Shown: positions 42,642 through 52,041 of the stretch, one piece after another
Layout of the letters: each line of letters begins with the position of its first letter
Numbering within the stretch: position 1 is the first letter of the stretch
From: an uncultured Candidatus Rokubacteria bacterium
GTDB taxonomy: Bacteria; Methylomirabilota; Methylomirabilia; Rokubacteriales; CSP1-6
DNA: 64,000 nt
NCBI GenBank assembly: GCA_963762145.1
Contig: CAVXJS010000015.1
Span: 336,256-400,255, forward strand
Direction of reading: 5' to 3'
Position numbers and translations under genes: made by a program
Notes under the pieces: generated by a model
Database searches by the model: none
What the model saw: the letters and a program-made list of their open reading frames with translations, nothing else
Told to the model about the DNA's origin: nothing

Positions 42642-43940
42642 CTGAACGAGATCAAGATCGCCCTGCTGGGCCTGGGCACCGTCGGCTGCGGCGTGGTCAA
42701 GGTGCTCCAGAGCCACGGCGCCGAGATGGCCGAGCGCGCGGGGTGCCGGCTCGCCCTCGGGCGGGTCGTGGACGCCGACCTCACGCGCCCGCGCGACGGC
42801 ATCGACCTGGCCCGCCTGCCCCTGGGCGGCGACGTCAACCAGGCCATCGACGACCCCTCGGTGCAGATCGTCATCGAGCTGATCGGCGGGCTCGAGCCCG
42901 CGCGCACCTTCATCCTCCGCGCCCTCGCCGCCGGCAAGCACGTGGTCACCGCCAACAAGGCGCTGCTCGCCCATCACGGCACCGAGCTCTTCGAGGAGGC
43001 GCGGCGTCGCGGGGTGATGCTCGGCTTCGAGGCCGCGGTGGCGGGCGGCATCCCGCTCATCCGGGCCGTCAAGGACGGGCTCCCCGCGAACCGGATCCTG
43101 TCCACCTTCGGCATCGTCAACGGCACGTGCAACTACATCCTGTCCAAGATGACCGACGAGGGGCGGGACTTCGGCGAGGTCCTGAAGGAAGCGCAGGCCC
43201 ACGGCTACGCCGAGTCCGATCCGACCCTCGACATCGAGGGCATGGACTCGGCCCACAAGCTGCAGATCCTGGCGACCCTGGCCTTCCGCACCGCGGTGGA
43301 TCTCAAGGACATCTACACCGAGGGCATCACCGCGGTGACCCAGCAGGACGTGGTCAACGCCACCGAGCTGGGCTACCGCATCAAGCTGCTCGCGATCGCC
43401 AAGGCGTCGGACGGCGGGCTGGAGGCGCGCGTGCACCCCACGATGATTCCGGCGGGGTCCCCGATGGCCGCGGTCTCCGGGGTCTTCAACGCGGTGTTCA
43501 TGACCGGCGACAACGTGGGCAACCTCATGTTCTACGGCCGCGGCGCCGGGCAGCTCCCGACCGCCTCCGCGGTCTGGTCGGACGCGCTCGAGATCGCGCG
43601 GCGGGTCGCCCACGGCATCCCGGCGCTGGACATCGATCTCCCGTCCGTCGGCCGGAACCCGCTGCCGCTGCGGCCCATGGACGACATCCGCTCGGCCTAC
43701 TACCTGCGCGTGATGGCCCTGGACCAGCCGGGTGTGCTCGCCCAGGTGGCGGGCATCCTCGGGCGGCACGACATCTCCCTGGTCTCCGTGCTCCAGAAGG
43801 AGCGCGCGCGCACCGAGGCGGTGCCGGTGGTCATGATGACGCACGAGGCGCGCGAGCGGGACATGCGCGCCGCGCTCGCCGCCATCGACAAGCTGCCGGT
43901 GGTGGCCGGGCGCACCACGATGATCCGGGTGGAGGCATGA
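42642..43940 (+). CDS. hom: Homoserine dehydrogenase with ACT domain; start codon unclear
   Basis: IALLGLGTVG, VVTANK, FEAAVAGGIP, GIVNGT.NYIL, GYAE.DP, GRGAG..PTASAV. Confidence 0.95.
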   Translation: MNEIKIALLGLGTVGCGVVKVLQSHGAEMAERAGCRLALGRVVDADLTRPRDGIDLARLPLGGDVNQAIDDPSVQIVIELIGGLEPARTFILRALAAGKHVVTANKALLAHHGTELFEEARRRGVMLGFEAAVAGGIPLIRAVKDGLPANRILSTFGIVNGTCNYILSKMTDEGRDFGEVLKEAQAHGYAESDPTLDIEGMDSAHKLQILATLAFRTAVDLKDIYTEGITAVTQQDVVNATELGYRIKLLAIAKASDGGLEARVHPTMIPAGSPMAAVSGVFNAVFMTGDNVGNLMFYGRGAGQLPTASAVWSDALEIARRVAHGIPALDIDLPSVGRNPLPLRPMDDIRSAYYLRVMALDQPGVLAQVAGILGRHDISLVSVLQKERARTEAVPVVMMTHEARERDMRAALAAIDKLPVVAGRTTMIRVEA

Positions 43941-43974
43941 CCGCGGGCGCGCGGGGGATCTGAGCCGCCCCTAC

Positions 43975-44970
43975 ATGCCGTCGTCCCGACGGCTGGCGCA
44001 GATCCTCCTGGGCCTGGCGGTGAGCGCGGGCCTTCTCGTCTACTGCTTCTGGGACGTGGATCTGGCCATCATCGCGGCGCGCCTGCGCGAGACCCTCTGG
44101 ACCTTCCTCGCGCTCAGCATCGTGCTCGCCTTCGGCTCCCTCTGGGCCCGGGCCTGGCGCTGGGGCTACCTCTTCCCTCCGGGCCCCCGCCCGCCCCATC
44201 TCTTCCGGGCGCTCCTCATCGGCTACATGGGCAACAACCTGCTGCCGCTCCGCGCCGGGGAAGTGGTGCGGATCTACGTGGCCTCCCGGCACGGTCCGCG
44301 ATTCTGGACCACCCTGGCCACCGTGGTGGTCGAGCGCGTCCTGGATGGCCTGGCGCTCGGGTTGATCGTGGCCGGCCTCCTGCTGCTGGTGCCGGTCCCG
44401 GCCGAGATGCGCTGGTCGATCGCGATCTTCCTGGCCGTGGACCTGGCCGCCATCCTGGTGCTCGCGATGATTGCCCTCGCGCCCGGCGTATGCCGCGCGC
44501 TGATCGAGACGGTCTTCCACCGGGTCGGGTGGCTCGAGCGTCGGCTGATCGGGTTCCTCGGGACGATGACCGAGGGCCTTCGCGGTCTCCGGGCGCCCCG
44601 CCACGCGTTCCCGGTATTCCTGGGCTCGCTGGCGATCTGGCTCCTGCTCGCCCTGTCGGTGTGGACCGCGATGCACGCGGCCCACCTGGATCTGCCGCTG
44701 GTGGCATCCTGGGTCGTGCTGGCCTTCCTCGGGCTCGGGGTGAGCCTGCCGTCGAGCCCCGGCTTCGTCGGCGTGATCCAGGCCGCGACGGTGCTGGCGC
44801 TGGCGCTGTTCGCGGTGCCGCGCGCGGAGGCCCTGTCCTTCTCGCTACTGTTTCACGCCTCGCAGTTCTTCCCGATCACCGCGGCCGGACTGGTGTGCCT
44901 GCTGCTGGAGCAGGTCAGCCTGACCGACGCGGCGCGCGCGGCCTCTCAGGGCGTCTCGTCGGAGGGGTAG
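43975..44970 (+). CDS. Lysylphosphatidylglycerol synthase TM-domain / flippase-like protein (UPF0104)
   Basis: RAWRW, GYMGNNLLPLRAGE, ERVLD, PSSPGFVG; multiple TM helices. Confidence 0.85.
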   Translation: MPSSRRLAQILLGLAVSAGLLVYCFWDVDLAIIAARLRETLWTFLALSIVLAFGSLWARAWRWGYLFPPGPRPPHLFRALLIGYMGNNLLPLRAGEVVRIYVASRHGPRFWTTLATVVVERVLDGLALGLIVAGLLLLVPVPAEMRWSIAIFLAVDLAAILVLAMIALAPGVCRALIETVFHRVGWLERRLIGFLGTMTEGLRGLRAPRHAFPVFLGSLAIWLLLALSVWTAMHAAHLDLPLVASWVVLAFLGLGVSLPSSPGFVGVIQAATVLALALFAVPRAEALSFSLLFHASQFFPITAAGLVCLLLEQVSLTDAARAASQGVSSEG

Positions 44971-45179
44971 CGATCGAGGCGGAGCCGGGCGAGCCGGCCC
45001 CATCGGCGCCGCTCGACCCATTCGGTGAACCGGTCGCTGAGGTCGATGAGCAGGACCGCGCCCACCGCCACCACGACCAGCCAGCCGAGGCCGCGCAGGG
45101 TCGCCGTCGCGCCCGCGACGAGCATCGCGGGGACCGCGGCGGCCACGAGCAGCGCCAGGACACCGATGCCGAGTCGCAT
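44946..45179 (-). CDS. Small hypothetical two-TM membrane protein
   Basis: 77-aa ORF with two hydrophobic segments and a basic tail; no family recognised. Confidence 0.45.
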   Translation of the reverse strand: MRLGIGVLALLVAAAVPAMLVAGATATLRGLGWLVVVAVGAVLLIDLSDRFTEWVERRRWGRLARLRLDRYPSDETP

Positions 45180-45251
45180 ATCCAGAGCCTAGAGTTGGAC
45201 CCCGGGGATCGCCAAGACAATTGCGCGACGCGGCGTTCGCTCGGTCGGAGC

Positions 45252-45280
45252 GTAAACGGATGGGCGTGCCTCCGCGTCTC
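45252..45280 (+). promoter_or_regulatory. Candidate ECF sigma promoter
   Basis: GTAAAC-N17-CGTCTC, fitting the ECF AAC/CGT pattern, upstream of the repeat-protein/ECF cassette. Confidence 0.5.
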
Positions 45281-45346
45281 ATCCGGTGAAGGCGGGGCTC
45301 CGCGGATCGTCTCGTAAAATATCTTTGAAACCAGGAGGATAGACCA

Positions 45347-45801
45347 ATGATTGCACGGTCTCGGCGGATGGGACGGGTCCTGGCGGCCACGGGCCTGACG
45401 ATCGGGCTGCTCGGCACGGCGGCGTCGGCGCAGGAGATCCGGAGCGACGTCTCCGAGCTGCGCCGGGACCGGCGGGAGATTCGCCAGGACAACCGGGAGA
45501 TCCGCGATGATCGGCGCGAGCTGCGCGGCGATACCCGCGAGATCCACCGGGATCGCCGCGAGCTGCGCGGCGATCGCGGGAGCTGCGCGACGCGTACGGA
45601 TCGGGCGACCCGCAGGCGGTGCGACAGGCCCGGCAGGACCTGCGGGACGACCGGCGCGATCTCCGCCACGACGTCGGCGAACGGCGACAGGATCGACACG
45701 AGCTCCGCGAGGACCGGCGGGAGCGGCGTCACGACGTGCGCGAGCTGCGCGGCGATCGGCGCGAGCTGCGGCGCGACGTCGCGGTCCGGCGCGGGCGGTA
45801 G
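45347..45801 (+). CDS. Secreted charged heptad-repeat protein, ~150 aa; one frameshift near 45578
   Basis: SD AGGAGG; signal peptide ending ASA; about 15 (E/D)(L/I)RxDRR heptads. Confidence 0.8.
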
Positions 45802-45884
45802 CCGAGGGGGACGCCCCCGACGCGGCGGCGCGGCGAATTGGTGTCGCGTGCACGCGTGTGGGAAGATCGGGGCCAGAGGCGCCC

Positions 45885-46463
45885 GTGGAGTCGAGCGATG
45901 AACAGCTGTGCCGTGCGATCGCTACGCAGGAACCGGGAGCCTTCGATCTCCTGGTCGAGCGCTACCAGGAGCGGGCCTACCGGATCGCCTGGTCCGTGCT
46001 GCGCGATCGTGAGGACGCCCGGGATTGCTCGCAGGAGGCGTTCATCCGCCTCCACGAATCGGCCGGCTCGTTCGCGGGGCAGTCGAAGTTCTCGACGTGG
46101 TTCTACCGGATCCTGGTCAACTGCTGCGTGGACCTGCAGCGACGCCGGCGCGGGTGGCGCCGGCTCGTCGGCTGGCGGGACCAGCGTGCGGAGGCGCCCG
46201 ACGAGCCGGATCCGGTGGAGCAGGCGCCCGCGCCCTTCACGGATCCGGTCGAGGGCATGGACGCGGAGCGGCGGATGACGAAGGTCTGGGAGGTGGTGGC
46301 CGATCTCTCGCCCCAGCAGCGCGCGGCGGTGACGCTGTCGTGCCGTGAGGGGCTGGCGACGAAGGACATCGCCGCCGTGCTGAACGTGTCGGAAGCCACC
46401 GTGCGGGTCCACCTGCACCGCGCGCTCTCCACGCTCAGGCAGCGGCTCGGAGACGAGGGATGA
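45885..46463 (+). CDS. ECF RNA polymerase sigma factor
   Basis: AFDLLVERY, DARDCSQEAF, KFSTWFYRILVN, region 4 DIAAVLNVSEATVRVHLHRA. Confidence 0.93.
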   Translation: MESSDEQLCRAIATQEPGAFDLLVERYQERAYRIAWSVLRDREDARDCSQEAFIRLHESAGSFAGQSKFSTWFYRILVNCCVDLQRRRRGWRRLVGWRDQRAEAPDEPDPVEQAPAPFTDPVEGMDAERRMTKVWEVVADLSPQQRAAVTLSCREGLATKDIAAVLNVSEATVRVHLHRALSTLRQRLGDEG

Positions 46464-46960
46464 ACGACGCACACGTCGAGGAATGGCTGATCGATCACGT
46501 TCGCGGCGAGCTCGATCCGGCGGACCGGGTCCGGGTGGACGCCCACCTGGCCGCGTGCGACGCCTGCCGCGCGTCGCGCGAGCGGTTCGGCGCGCTGATG
46601 ACCGAGCTGGCCCGGACCGCTCCCGCGCCGCCCCCGATCCACTGGGGCGCGTATCGCGCGCAGCTGCGAGACCGGCTCGAGCGCCGGATCTCGGGGCGCA
46701 GCGGGGAGCGCGCCGGCCTGTGGGCGTGGGTCGCGCGGCCCCTCCCCGCCCTGGTGGCCGCGGGCCTCGTGGCGCTGCTGGTGATGACCGGGATGCCGGG
46801 CGGCGTGCGCCCGCCGGATCCCCTCGCGCTCGACAACACCATCCTGGCGAGCCAGCTCGACATGATCGCGCGGCTCGACGTGGTGCAGCAGCTCGACCTG
46901 CTCGAGGACTTCAACGTCATCGGCGATCTGGACGAGCTGCCGGAGCCCCAGAAGAGCTGA
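46460..46960 (+). CDS. Zinc-finger (HxxxCxxC) transmembrane anti-sigma factor
   Basis: HLAACDAC, one TM helix, Leu/Asp-rich C-terminus. Confidence 0.9.
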   Translation: MNDAHVEEWLIDHVRGELDPADRVRVDAHLAACDACRASRERFGALMTELARTAPAPPPIHWGAYRAQLRDRLERRISGRSGERAGLWAWVARPLPALVAAGLVALLVMTGMPGGVRPPDPLALDNTILASQLDMIARLDVVQQLDLLEDFNVIGDLDELPEPQKS

Positions 46961-46963
46961 GCG

Positions 46964-47257
46964 GTGACCCCATGGATCTGGCCCGTCGGCCTCGCGGCGC
47001 TGGCGCTGGCGGGCGTGAGCGAGGCGACGGCGGCCGAGCCCGGCGGGCGCGCGGGCTCGCCGGAGGCGGTGGACGCGGAGATGCTGAGAGACCTCGACCT
47101 GCTGAGCAGTCCCGACTACGCGCGCGACCGCGAGGTGGCGCGGCGCATGGGCTTGTTCGAGCGGCTGCGCATGCTCGAGATCCAGCGCGCGCAGGACGCG
47201 GCGGGGGCGGCCGAATCCGCGTCGTCCCCCGCTCCGCCCGTCCGGAGCGTGAAGTGA
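46964..47257 (+). CDS. Small exported hypothetical protein
   Basis: Hydrophobic N-terminus; EMLRDLDLL motif; stop overlaps the next ATG. Confidence 0.7.
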   Translation: MTPWIWPVGLAALALAGVSEATAAEPGGRAGSPEAVDAEMLRDLDLLSSPDYARDREVARRMGLFERLRMLEIQRAQDAAGAAESASSPAPPVRSVK

Positions 47258-47868
47258 TGCGTCTCCTCGCGCTCGTGGTGGCCGCGGTCCTCGGGCTCGC
47301 CGCCCCCGCCACCGCCCAGGCGCCGCCTCCGCCGCCCGCGGACGCGCCGGTCCAGGGCCTCGAGCGGCTGTCGCCGGAAGAGCGCGCGGTGGCCGAGCGC
47401 AACCTCGAGCGCTGGCGCGGCATGACGCCCGAGCAGCGGCAGCACGCGCTCGAGAACTACCGCCACTGGAAGAGCCTCTCCCCCGAGGAGCGGCGGAACG
47501 CACGCCAGAATCTCCAGCGCTTCCGCCAGATGCCGCCGAGCGAGCGCGCGCGGATCATGGAGGACTTCCAGCGCTGGAACCAGCTCCCCGACGACCGCAA
47601 GCGCGAGCTCGAGCGCGCCTACGAGCGCTACCAGCAGCTCCCGCCGGAGCGCCGGCAGCAGATCCAGCAGCGCTACGAGCGGTACCAGTCGCTCACCCCG
47701 GAGCAGCGCCAGCGGCTGGACCGAAACCTCGAGCGGTGGCGCAGCATGACGCCCGAGCAGCGCGAGCAGGCCCGGGAGCAAATCCAGCAGCGCCGCCCGC
47801 AGTCGGCGCCGCGCGAGGTCCGGCCGCCGCGCGACGACGGCAGCGGCCCCGGCCGTCGCCCGCGCTGA
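47257..47868 (+). CDS. DUF3106-like exported helical repeat protein
   Basis: Signal peptide; ~18-aa repeats (W/F/Y)xx(L/M)(S/T/P)PE(E/Q)R. Confidence 0.8.
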   Translation: MRLLALVVAAVLGLAAPATAQAPPPPPADAPVQGLERLSPEERAVAERNLERWRGMTPEQRQHALENYRHWKSLSPEERRNARQNLQRFRQMPPSERARIMEDFQRWNQLPDDRKRELERAYERYQQLPPERRQQIQQRYERYQSLTPEQRQRLDRNLERWRSMTPEQREQAREQIQQRRPQSAPREVRPPRDDGSGPGRRPR

Positions 47869-47920
47869 CCGCGGCCGCGGCTTTACACCTCGCGCGGGCC
47901 TCGTGTAGGATGGCCCCCTC

Positions 47921-49150
47921 ATGGGCCTGCTGATCGTCCAGAAGTACGGTGGCTCCTCCGTCGCCGACGCCGAGAAGATCAAGAACGTCGCCCGGCGCGT
48001 GGCGGAGTCCGCGCGTCTCGGACACCGTGTGGTCGTCGTGGTCTCCGCGATGGGCAAGACCACCGACGGCCTCCTCGCGCTCGCGGCCGCGATCACCGCC
48101 ACCCCGGATCCCCGCGAGATGGACATGATCCTCTCCACCGGCGAGCAGGTCACGATCGGGCTCCTCGCGCTGGCGCTGCAGTCGCTCGGCCATCCCGCCA
48201 CCTCGTTCACCGGCCCCCAGATCGGCATGGTGACCGACGCGGGGCACACCCGCGCCCGCATCAAGCGCATCACCGCCGAGCGCATCCACGCCGCGCTCGA
48301 CGCGGGTCGCGTCGCGGTGATCGCGGGATTCCAGGGCACCACCGAGGGCGGCGACATCACCACCCTCGGTCGCGGCGGCTCCGACCTCACCGGGGTCGCG
48401 CTCGCCGCCGCGCTCAAGGCGGACGTGTGCGAGATCTTCACCGACGTGGACGGCGTCTACACCGCCGATCCCAACGTGGTGCCCGACGCGCGCAAGCTGC
48501 CGCGCATCTCCTACGACGAGATGCTCGAGATGGCCGCGCTCGGGGCCAAGGTGCTCCAGTCTCGCTCGGTCGAGTTCGCCAAGAAGTACAACGTCCCGGT
48601 TCACGTGCGCTCCACCTTCAAGCCAGACCCGGGCACGCTCGTGACCAGGGAGGATCACAGCATGGAAGACGTGGTGGTGACCGGCATCACCCACGATCGG
48701 GGACAGGCCAAGGTCTCGATCCTGCGAGTGCCCGACCGGCCGGGCATCGCCTCGCGCGTGTTCGGCGGCCTCGGAGCCCAGAACATCGTGGTGGACATGA
48801 TCGTGCAGAACATCAGCCGCGACGGGCTGACCGACATCTCCTTCACCCTGCCCCGCGCCGACCGCGCCCGCGCGGAGACGGTGCTGGGCGCGCTGGCCCG
48901 GGAGATCGGCGCGGAGGGGGTCACCGCGGACGACCGGGTCGCCAAGGTGTCGGTGGTGGGGGTGGGCATGCGCAGCCACGCGGGCGTCGCGGGCCGCATG
49001 TTCGAGACCCTGTCCGCGGAGGGCATCAACATCCAGATGATCTCCACCTCCGAGATCGCGGTCTCCTGCGTCATCGAGGACAAGTACACCGAGCTGGCGG
49101 TGCGCGCGCTCCACGACGTCTTCGCGCTCGGCGCCGAGCGGCGGGCCTGA
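47921..49150 (+). CDS. lysC: Aspartate kinase
   Basis: [37 protein letters not shown], two ACT domains, ISTSEI. Confidence 0.97.
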   Translation: MGLLIVQKYGGSSVADAEKIKNVARRVAESARLGHRVVVVVSAMGKTTDGLLALAAAITATPDPREMDMILSTGEQVTIGLLALALQSLGHPATSFTGPQIGMVTDAGHTRARIKRITAERIHAALDAGRVAVIAGFQGTTEGGDITTLGRGGSDLTGVALAAALKADVCEIFTDVDGVYTADPNVVPDARKLPRISYDEMLEMAALGAKVLQSRSVEFAKKYNVPVHVRSTFKPDPGTLVTREDHSMEDVVVTGITHDRGQAKVSILRVPDRPGIASRVFGGLGAQNIVVDMIVQNISRDGLTDISFTLPRADRARAETVLGALAREIGAEGVTADDRVAKVSVVGVGMRSHAGVAGRMFETLSAEGINIQMISTSEIAVSCVIEDKYTELAVRALHDVFALGAERRA

Positions 49151-49152
49151 CC

Positions 49153-50268
49153 GTGGCCGCCACCGCGCGCGCCGCCGTCTTCTTCGGGCCCGGCAAGCCC
49201 TTCGAGATCAAGTCCGTCCCGATTCCCGAGGTCGAGCCGGAAGGCGTGCTGATCCGGGTGTCGCACGCCAACATCTGCGGCTCCGACCTCCACTTCTGGC
49301 GCGGCGACGCCCCGCTGAGGCTGCCCGACGACGGCTGGCTCTTCGGCCACGAGATGACCGGGCGCGTGGCGCGGCTCGGGTCGAAGATCAAGACCGACTC
49401 GCTCGGCCGTCCGCTCAAAGAGGGTGACCGGGTGGCGTACACCTACTTCTACCCGTGCGGGCGCTGCTACGCGTGCATCCACCAGGAGCCCGCCGCCTGC
49501 CCCAACAAGATCGAGCGGCCGGTGGGGCCCAGCGTGTTCCCGCACCTGCACGGCGCCTTCGCCGACCACTACTACCTGCGCCCCGGCGGCCAGCTCTTCC
49601 TGGTGCCGGACTCGCTGGCCGACTCGGCGGTGGCGGGCGTGAACTGCGCCCTCTCCCAGGTCCTCTACGGCCTGCACGTGGCGGGCCTCCGGCAGGGCGA
49701 CGCGGTGGTGATCCAGGGCGCGGGCGGCCTCGGCATCCAGGCCGCCGCGGTGGCCAAGGACATGGGCGCGCAGAGCGTGATCGTGGTGGACCAGATCCCG
49801 GGGCGCCTCGAGCTGGCGCGGGCCTTCGGGGCCGACCACACGATCAACGTCAAGGACGTGCCCGACCGGCGCGAGCGGGTGAAGCTGGTGCGGCAGTGGA
49901 CGGGCGGGGTCGGCGCGGACGTGGCGTGTGATCTGGTGGGCTTCCCGGCCGTGATCCCCGAGGGGATCGAGATGCTCCGCTCGGGCGGGACGTATCTCGA
50001 GATCGGCACGATCAGCCGCGGGGCCAAGGTGGAGCTCGAGCCCTCGCTCCTCGTGTGGGGATCCAAGAAGATCGTGGGCGTGATCCAGTACGACCCGTGG
50101 GTGATCCCGCGCGCGCTCGACTTCCTCGTGCGCACGCGCGAGAGCCGGCCGTGGGGCCGCATCCTCTCGCACACCTATCCGCTCGAGCAGATCAACGAGG
50201 CCTTCGCGGCCTCGGAGTGGCACAACCGCGAGACCACGACGATCACCCGCGCCGCCCTCACGCCGTGA
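49153..50268 (+). CDS. Zinc-binding medium-chain alcohol dehydrogenase
   Basis: ICGSDLH, GHE, CGRCYAC...C, QGAGGLG. Confidence 0.92.
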   Translation: MAATARAAVFFGPGKPFEIKSVPIPEVEPEGVLIRVSHANICGSDLHFWRGDAPLRLPDDGWLFGHEMTGRVARLGSKIKTDSLGRPLKEGDRVAYTYFYPCGRCYACIHQEPAACPNKIERPVGPSVFPHLHGAFADHYYLRPGGQLFLVPDSLADSAVAGVNCALSQVLYGLHVAGLRQGDAVVIQGAGGLGIQAAAVAKDMGAQSVIVVDQIPGRLELARAFGADHTINVKDVPDRRERVKLVRQWTGGVGADVACDLVGFPAVIPEGIEMLRSGGTYLEIGTISRGAKVELEPSLLVWGSKKIVGVIQYDPWVIPRALDFLVRTRESRPWGRILSHTYPLEQINEAFAASEWHNRETTTITRAALTP

Positions 50269-51100
50269 GCCGGACCATCGCGGATCTGATCGAGGAGCGC
50301 TTCGGGCTGCCGACCGAGGCGGGGCGGGCGCGTCCCGCCGAGGGCCCCCTCGCCCTGCTGCTCTCGCACCGGACGCAGCGCCGCTACAAGCCCGACCCGA
50401 TCCCGGCGGACGTGCTCGAGATGGCCCTGGCCGGCGCGCTCTCCGCGCCGTCGAAGTCCGACCTCCAGCAGGTCGGCATCGTGCTCGTGCGCGACCGCGA
50501 CAAGCAGGCCACCATCGGCGGATTGATCCCCGACATGCCGTGGATCGCGCAGGCCCCGCTCTTCATGGTGTTCTGCGGCGACCACCGCCGCATCCGCCGG
50601 GTGAGCGAGCTGCGCGGGCGCCCGTTCCCCAACGACACGCTCGACATGTTCATGAACGCGGCGGTCGACGCGGGGCTGGTCCTGCAGGCCTTCATCACCG
50701 CGGCGGAGGCGCTCGGCCTCGGGTGCTGCCCGATCAGCGTGGTGCGCAACCACGTCGAGAAGGTCGCCGCGCTGCTCGAGCTCCCCCCGGAGTCTTCCCG
50801 GTGGCCGGCCTCTGCGTGGGCTATCCGCGGGAGCCGGGGTGGACCAGCATGCGGCTCCCGCCCGCGGTGACGGTGCACACCGACCGCTACGACGACGCCG
50901 ATCTCCCCGCGCAGCTCGCGGCCTACGACGTCCGGCGCGAGGGCCGGCACGCCACCCCGAGGGAGAACCAGCGCTTCGTGGAGCGCTTCGGGTACTCGGA
51001 GCCCTACGGCTGGTCGGAGGACAAGGCGCGGCAGTACTCGGTGCCGGAGCGCCACAACTTCGGACCGTTCATCCGGGCCCACGGCTTCGGACTGATCTGA
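50265..51100 (+). CDS. NfsA/Frp-type nitroreductase; frameshift near 50790
   Basis: HRTQRRY, SAPSKSDLQ, AAVDAG, GLGCCPIS.VRN, RLP...VH. Confidence 0.88.
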
Positions 51101-51133
51101 CGCTCCGCGGGGCGCGGGCGCCGGAGTGATGCG

Positions 51134-51463
51134 CTAGGGCCCGGGATCGAAGCAGACGCCGACGCGCCCACGCTCGCAGGCGCACTCGAGCTTGGTCCCG
51201 CCCGGGCCCGCCATGATCACGAAGCGCCCCACGCAGGACGGGCGCCGGCTGAGCTGGATCGCGGCGATCCCGGCCATCAGGGCGACCACCACGCAGACCG
51301 CGATCGCGAACGTCCGCCGCTCCAGTCGCCGGTTGTCCTGGATTCCCGCTTCCCGCCGCCAGGGCGCCCGCCGCTGCCGGCGCTGCAGGCGAAAGAACAG
51401 GAAGAGCGAGCCGCCGGCGAGCAGGCCCGCCATGGTCAGCAGGATGACGAGATTTTCTAGCAC
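51134..51463 (-). CDS. Small two-TM protein with a Cys-rich C-terminus
   Basis: GTG at 51463; TM - basic loop - TM, then C..CAC..C tail; no family recognised. Confidence 0.5.
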   Translation of the reverse strand: MLENLVILLTMAGLLAGGSLFLFFRLQRRQRRAPWRREAGIQDNRRLERRTFAIAVCVVVALMAGIAAIQLSRRPSCVGRFVIMAGPGGTKLECACERGRVGVCFDPGP

Positions 51464-51605
51464 GTGAGCTCGACGATTCGCTGAGGAGGCTGCGCCACCC
51501 TCGAAGCGCACCGAAGTGTAGCACGACCGGTCGGGGCCGTCCCTCGCGGGGCGTATCCCGATCGGCACTCTAGCCGCGCCCGGATCCTCGTGGGACGGTG
51601 GGGCC

Positions 51606-52041
51606 GTGCTCTACTCCCTGCCGCAGATCCGGCTCCTGATCCTGCTCGCCCTCGCGCTGCTCGTCGGCCTGGGCGTTCGCGAGTGGCGGGCCGGCTTCCC
51701 CGATGCGGCGCTCCGACTGGAGCGATTCGATCGCGACGAACCGCCGACGCCGCTCGTGGGCGAGGCGCCCGGGACGCCGGCGCCCCCCACGGCCCCCCGG
51801 GCAACTCCGCCCGCGCCGGCCCCGCCCGCGCCGACGCCGATCAAGCCCCTCGACGTCAACCGCGCCGCCGCGGCGAGAGCTCGCCGCCTTGCCCGGGGTG
51901 GGGCCCGGGCTCGCGCAGCGCATCGTCGAGGAGCGCGAGCGGCGGGGGCGCTTCGACTCGCCCGAGGCCCTGCGCTACGTCCTGGGCATGGGGCCGAAGA
52001 AGCTCGCGGCCATCCGCCGCTTCATCACCGTGAGTGAGTGA
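51606..52041 (+). CDS. comEA: ComEA-like helix-hairpin-helix DNA receptor; frameshift near 51870
   Basis: N-terminal TM, Pro linker, LDVNRA...ELAALPGVGPGLAQRIVEERE..GRF, V.GMGPKK. Confidence 0.88.

Noticed and set aside
45440-45790. 21-bp periodic DNA resembling a CRISPR or satellite array
   Set aside because: Units are degenerate at synonymous positions, have no unique spacers and encode a protein heptad; no cas genes are present.
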